A stretch of DNA of 63,910 nucleotides, counting the filler. It is 5 parts of 5 records of this genome, joined end to end, with 100 filler letters (N's around TTAATTAATTAA, not from the genome) between each part and the next. Parts side by side here need not be neighbours in the genome. Positions count along the whole stretch, not along the records: positions 58,448 to 63,910 come from SRR31156797_349; 4 more parts are not named here. The stretch is one strand, 5' to 3'. Below are positions 61,037-63,910 of the stretch, in pieces. The notes under the pieces were generated by a model that ran no database searches, had not been told where the DNA came from, and saw only the letters and a list, made by a program, of their open reading frames with translations. The position numbers were made by a program, and so were the translations under genes. Every line of letters starts with the position of its first letter. Position 1 is the first letter of the stretch.

Positions 61037-62083
61037 TTAGTTGGATATGGTTGGCCGCCAGTTTCCGATGAACCAACCAATGGTTTCGGCCAATCCATTC
61101 GAAAGCGGGTGGAAACTCAGGTCCGGAAAGATCAGACGCAATCTTTCGATATTCGGTGCGCTGACCTGGACGTCTCCCGGCCGCAACGGCGCCGTTTCGA
61201 CGGTGCAAGCGATTCCGCTTTCACCAAAAACGGTTTGGATTCCGGACGCCAACTCGGCGACGGAAGTGCGAACGCCTGTAGCGACGTTGAGGGGTTGGCC
61301 AAAATACTCATGAGCCTCAAACCCCGACGGCGGGGCCAGGATGATTTCGGCGACAACAGCGGCAAGGTCCTCGATGAAGATGAAGTCGCGAAGCTGTTGG
61401 CCGTCTCCATACACGATGAGCGGTTCGCCCGAAAGGGCGCGGCGACAGAATGTAGCGACAACACTGCCTTTTTTCCAGGAATGCCGTCCGTATACGTTGG
61501 AGAAACGCAAAGAGAGGGTTCGAATCCCGAAGGCGGAGCTATAGGCTGAACAATAAGATTCTCCGGCAGCTTTGCTCGCGCCATAGGGGGAAATGGGCCG
61601 GATCATTGCCGTTTCGACCTGATCGGCAACGGCGCCGCCCAATACGGCTGCCGAAGATGCCATCATGAACAGGCCAACGCCGTTTTGCCGGCAGGCTTCG
61701 AGATAGGTCACGGTGCCGATACAGTTAATTTCGAAATCGCGGGCCGGATTTTCCAGAGACTGCGGGATGCCGGTCTGGGCAGCGAGGTGCACGACGGCGT
61801 TGGCACCTTTCGTTGCTCGCAAAGCGGTATCACAATCCTTTACGTCGGCCTTGAAATGGCGGATGCGGGTGGTACCGGATTTCCCCTCGATACCCCACTC
61901 GTTTTCTTTCCCGTGCCTGGGGATAGGCTCGTGTCCTGAATCACGCAATGCGCCTTCCAGCCATTCCGGGCAGCCGACTGATAAATCGTCCACGATACGG
62001 ACTTCATCAATGCCGCGGGAAACCAGGGCTGAAATTAGGTTGACGCCGACGAAACCATAGCCACCGGTAACCGTTACAATCAT
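61037..62083 (-). CDS. NAD-dependent epimerase/dehydratase (GalE-like)
   Basis: TGGYGFVG, HLAA, SSAA, YGASK, GDGQQLRDF. Confidence 0.9.
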   Translation of the reverse strand: MIVTVTGGYGFVGVNLISALVSRGIDEVRIVDDLSVGCPEWLEGALRDSGHEPIPRHGKENEWGIEGKSGTTRIRHFKADVKDCDTALRATKGANAVVHLAAQTGIPQSLENPARDFEINCIGTVTYLEACRQNGVGLFMMASSAAVLGGAVADQVETAMIRPISPYGASKAAGESYCSAYSSAFGIRTLSLRFSNVYGRHSWKKGSVVATFCRRALSGEPLIVYGDGQQLRDFIFIEDLAAVVAEIILAPPSGFEAHEYFGQPLNVATGVRTSVAELASGIQTVFGESGIACTVETAPLRPGDVQVSAPNIERLRLIFPDLSFHPLSNGLAETIGWFIGNWRPTISN

Positions 62084-63162
62084 TCGATATCCTCGATCTT
62101 TACGGGAGAATCCGGCCCGATAACGATCCGTGCGCGCCGTCCCAGAATTTCTCCCAGACGCGTCGGGTCCAAACCGGTTCCCGGCTTTTTTAAGGTTATG
62201 TTTTCTCTCGTCAAAGTCTCGCCGCGTTCAATCCTGCGGCGGGCGACGATGCTGTTGGTGAAACTTCCGCGCATCTGTTTGGCGTGCGGGCCCAACTCTT
62301 TGGTGCCGCGTCCAAGGGCCTCTTCGCAATCGCGGATGAGGCCAACCAGTCCGGCGGTTTCTTCGGGGATCAGGGATACGTGATGATCGGGTCCCGATTG
62401 TGTCCGGTCGAAAGTGAAATGCACCTCGATGACGCTTGCACCCAGGGCGACGGAGACGGCCACCTGGTGGAAACGCCGGCTATGATCCGACAACCCGACC
62501 GGGCAACCATATCTCTCGGCCAGTGACGGGATCATCCTCAGGTTCATGTTCTCAAGCGCTGTCGGGTATTCAGAAACGCAGTGCAATAAGACAACTCTGG
62601 AGGAGGCCGCGTTGAGGACCGTCATCATCGAGTCAATTTCGGACGTCGGGGACATGCCGCTTGAGGCGATAATCGGAATTCCGCTTTCTGCCACCGTTTC
62701 CAACAGCCAAGGATTGCCGACTTCGCCGGACGGAATTTTGATCCCGTCTGGTTGCAGGCCGGTTACCGCTTCCGCGGTTTGTTCCGAGAAAACCGAGCAA
62801 AGATAGCCAAGCCCCCGACGGGCCGCGTGGTTGCGCAGATGATGATGAACCGGGTCGGGAAATTCTTGAACCCGGCGGATGAAGTTGTAACGGGTTTCAT
62901 CGAAATAATAGGAACGCGTCGAGCGGTCGAAAATCTCCGCATCGGCCCGATGGTACTGGAATTTGACCGCGTCGCATCCGGCTTCTTTGGCCGCATCGAT
63001 CAGTTTTTCCGCAGTCTCAGGCGATCCGTTGTGATTGGGGCCGATTTCCGCGACGACGAGTGCTCGGTGTCCCGGGCCGACAAGTGAGCCTCCCAGGCTG
63101 AGCTCTTGGCGAAAATTGAATTGTGTATTGTCCGTCATCAGGATGTCTGGACTGGAAGCCAA
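62080..63162 (-). CDS. neuB: nonulosonic acid synthase (NeuB/LegI family) with SAF domain
   Basis: AEIGPNHNG, DAVKFQ, KIPSGE, HCVSEYP, GLSDH, EVHFT, KKPGTG. Confidence 0.88.
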   Translation of the reverse strand: MASSPDILMTDNTQFNFRQELSLGGSLVGPGHRALVVAEIGPNHNGSPETAEKLIDAAKEAGCDAVKFQYHRADAEIFDRSTRSYYFDETRYNFIRRVQEFPDPVHHHLRNHAARRGLGYLCSVFSEQTAEAVTGLQPDGIKIPSGEVGNPWLLETVAESGIPIIASSGMSPTSEIDSMMTVLNAASSRVVLLHCVSEYPTALENMNLRMIPSLAERYGCPVGLSDHSRRFHQVAVSVALGASVIEVHFTFDRTQSGPDHHVSLIPEETAGLVGLIRDCEEALGRGTKELGPHAKQMRGSFTNSIVARRRIERGETLTRENITLKKPGTGLDPTRLGEILGRRARIVIGPDSPVKIEDIE

Positions 63163-63178
63163 AGAAAAAATGTCGGTC

Positions 63179-63910
63179 TTAGTAGGTGATACGTTTGCGG
63201 AAAAGTTCCGGAGTCACAACAGCTTCCTTAAGGGCGCTCAGGATGCGTTCGCTTGCTTGACCGTCGCCGAAATGGTTGCTGTCCAATGCCATTGCTTCTC
63301 GGAATGCGTCGGTTTGGCTGGATTCGATCGCCTGGATAATTTGGGCGGGAGAGCCCTCACAGGTGATAACGTTGGCTGCTGTTTCGCGTCCGTCCTGGCG
63401 GAAGCCGACATTGATGAATGGCAATAGCAGGTAAGGAGCTTCGATAATGCCGGCACTGGAATTACCCACCAGGGCCCGCGCGCCTTTGAGCAAACCGAGA
63501 AAGGCGAAGGCGTCGATGCTTTTGAACAGATGGCATCTCGGGTGGTCGCCGTATTCCTCGATAGCCCCGATGACGTCATCGTATCCTGGGTCGGAGCACG
63601 GATAAACGACGATGACGTGCTCGTCGCGATCCTTGAGGGCCTCGAAGATTGCCTTGGTGTGCGGATAGTTGACCTGGGGCCGGTAGGTGTCCGAGTGATG
63701 CAGGACCACGAAATAATCCAAGTCGGCAGGTAAGCCCAGGGATCGCAAGGCGTTTGGTTTTGCCATAACCGGTGTGGCCAGGATGTTGTCGACATAGGGG
63801 GCGCCCGTGTTCCAGACCCGCTCTGGAGCTTCCCCGAGTTTTATAACTCGCTGCCTTTGGGATTCGTTTTGCGAGAAGTGCAAATGTGAAAGCTTCGTGA
63901 TGGCATGACG
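63179..63910 (-). CDS. neuC: hydrolysing UDP-GlcNAc 2-epimerase (NeuC/LegG family), 5' truncated
   Basis: RHAITKLSHLHF, VGNSSAGIIEAP, NVGFRQDGRE, FGDGQAS, RKRITY. Confidence 0.88.
   Translation of the reverse strand, partial: RHAITKLSHLHFSQNESQRQRVIKLGEAPERVWNTGAPYVDNILATPVMAKPNALRSLGLPADLDYFVVLHHSDTYRPQVNYPHTKAIFEALKDRDEHVIVVYPCSDPGYDDVIGAIEEYGDHPRCHLFKSIDAFAFLGLLKGARALVGNSSAGIIEAPYLLLPFINVGFRQDGRETAANVITCEGSPAQIIQAIESSQTDAFREAMALDSNHFGDGQASERILSALKEAVVTPELFRKRITY

Noticed and set aside
59187-63795. Many overlapping short or antisense ORFs in the GC-rich contig
   Set aside because: They lie over well-supported genes and are expected in stop-poor GC-rich DNA
1-63910. CRISPR array, rRNA, integron, retron or intact prophage
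   Set aside because: No regular repeat-spacer pattern and no cas, integrase, reverse transcriptase or virion genes seen

Overview
The window joins five unrelated contigs with 100-nt spacers (N44-TTAATTAATTAA-N44), probably from at least four taxa; all taxon calls are inferred from protein content and codon style. (1) 1-18628, Deferribacterales-like core genome near the replication origin: argH, der, an aminotransferase, a hybrid kinase, IclR, EAL/HDOD, nitroreductase, DUF362 and gyrA-folD-mnmE-[perfect parS]-mnmG-rsmG. (2) 18729-33319, very AT-rich diderm (Fusobacteriota-like): sppA, kdsB, an LpxL-like acyltransferase and an expanded Sia-type signalling locus. The locus has two SiaB-like kinases, SiaC, a SiaD-like diguanylate cyclase, a chimeric SiaC + SiaD-N-helix + PAS + Hpt + CheA-like kinase, a GAF-GGDEF protein and a third SiaC; no SiaA is visible. 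(3) 33420-48765, accessory island bounded by IS3 ends: small unannotated peptides, a phage CII-like regulator, a broken KAP NTPase, a LuxR solo coupled to an exported TPR-AMIN-RadC/JAB-like fusion, a divergent LuxR-HTH-led operon of six lipo/secreted FlgT/LPP20-like proteins ending in an MltC-like transglycosylase, tandem ankyrin proteins, two Fur boxes, a truncated Tat substrate and a LamG adhesin start. (4) 48866-58347, Vibrio-like: TraB/GumN, copA with a CueR promoter, gltX, an Aer-like MCP with a CRP site, VF530 and tRNA-Arg(CCT). (5) 58448-63910, higher-GC glycan cluster: neuC-neuB-epimerase-sqdB-methyltransferase. The best candidates for undescribed systems are the Sia-to-histidine-kinase chimera and the LuxR-linked envelope operon with its odd AMIN-JAB partner. 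All family assignments come from motif recognition by eye; no searches were run.
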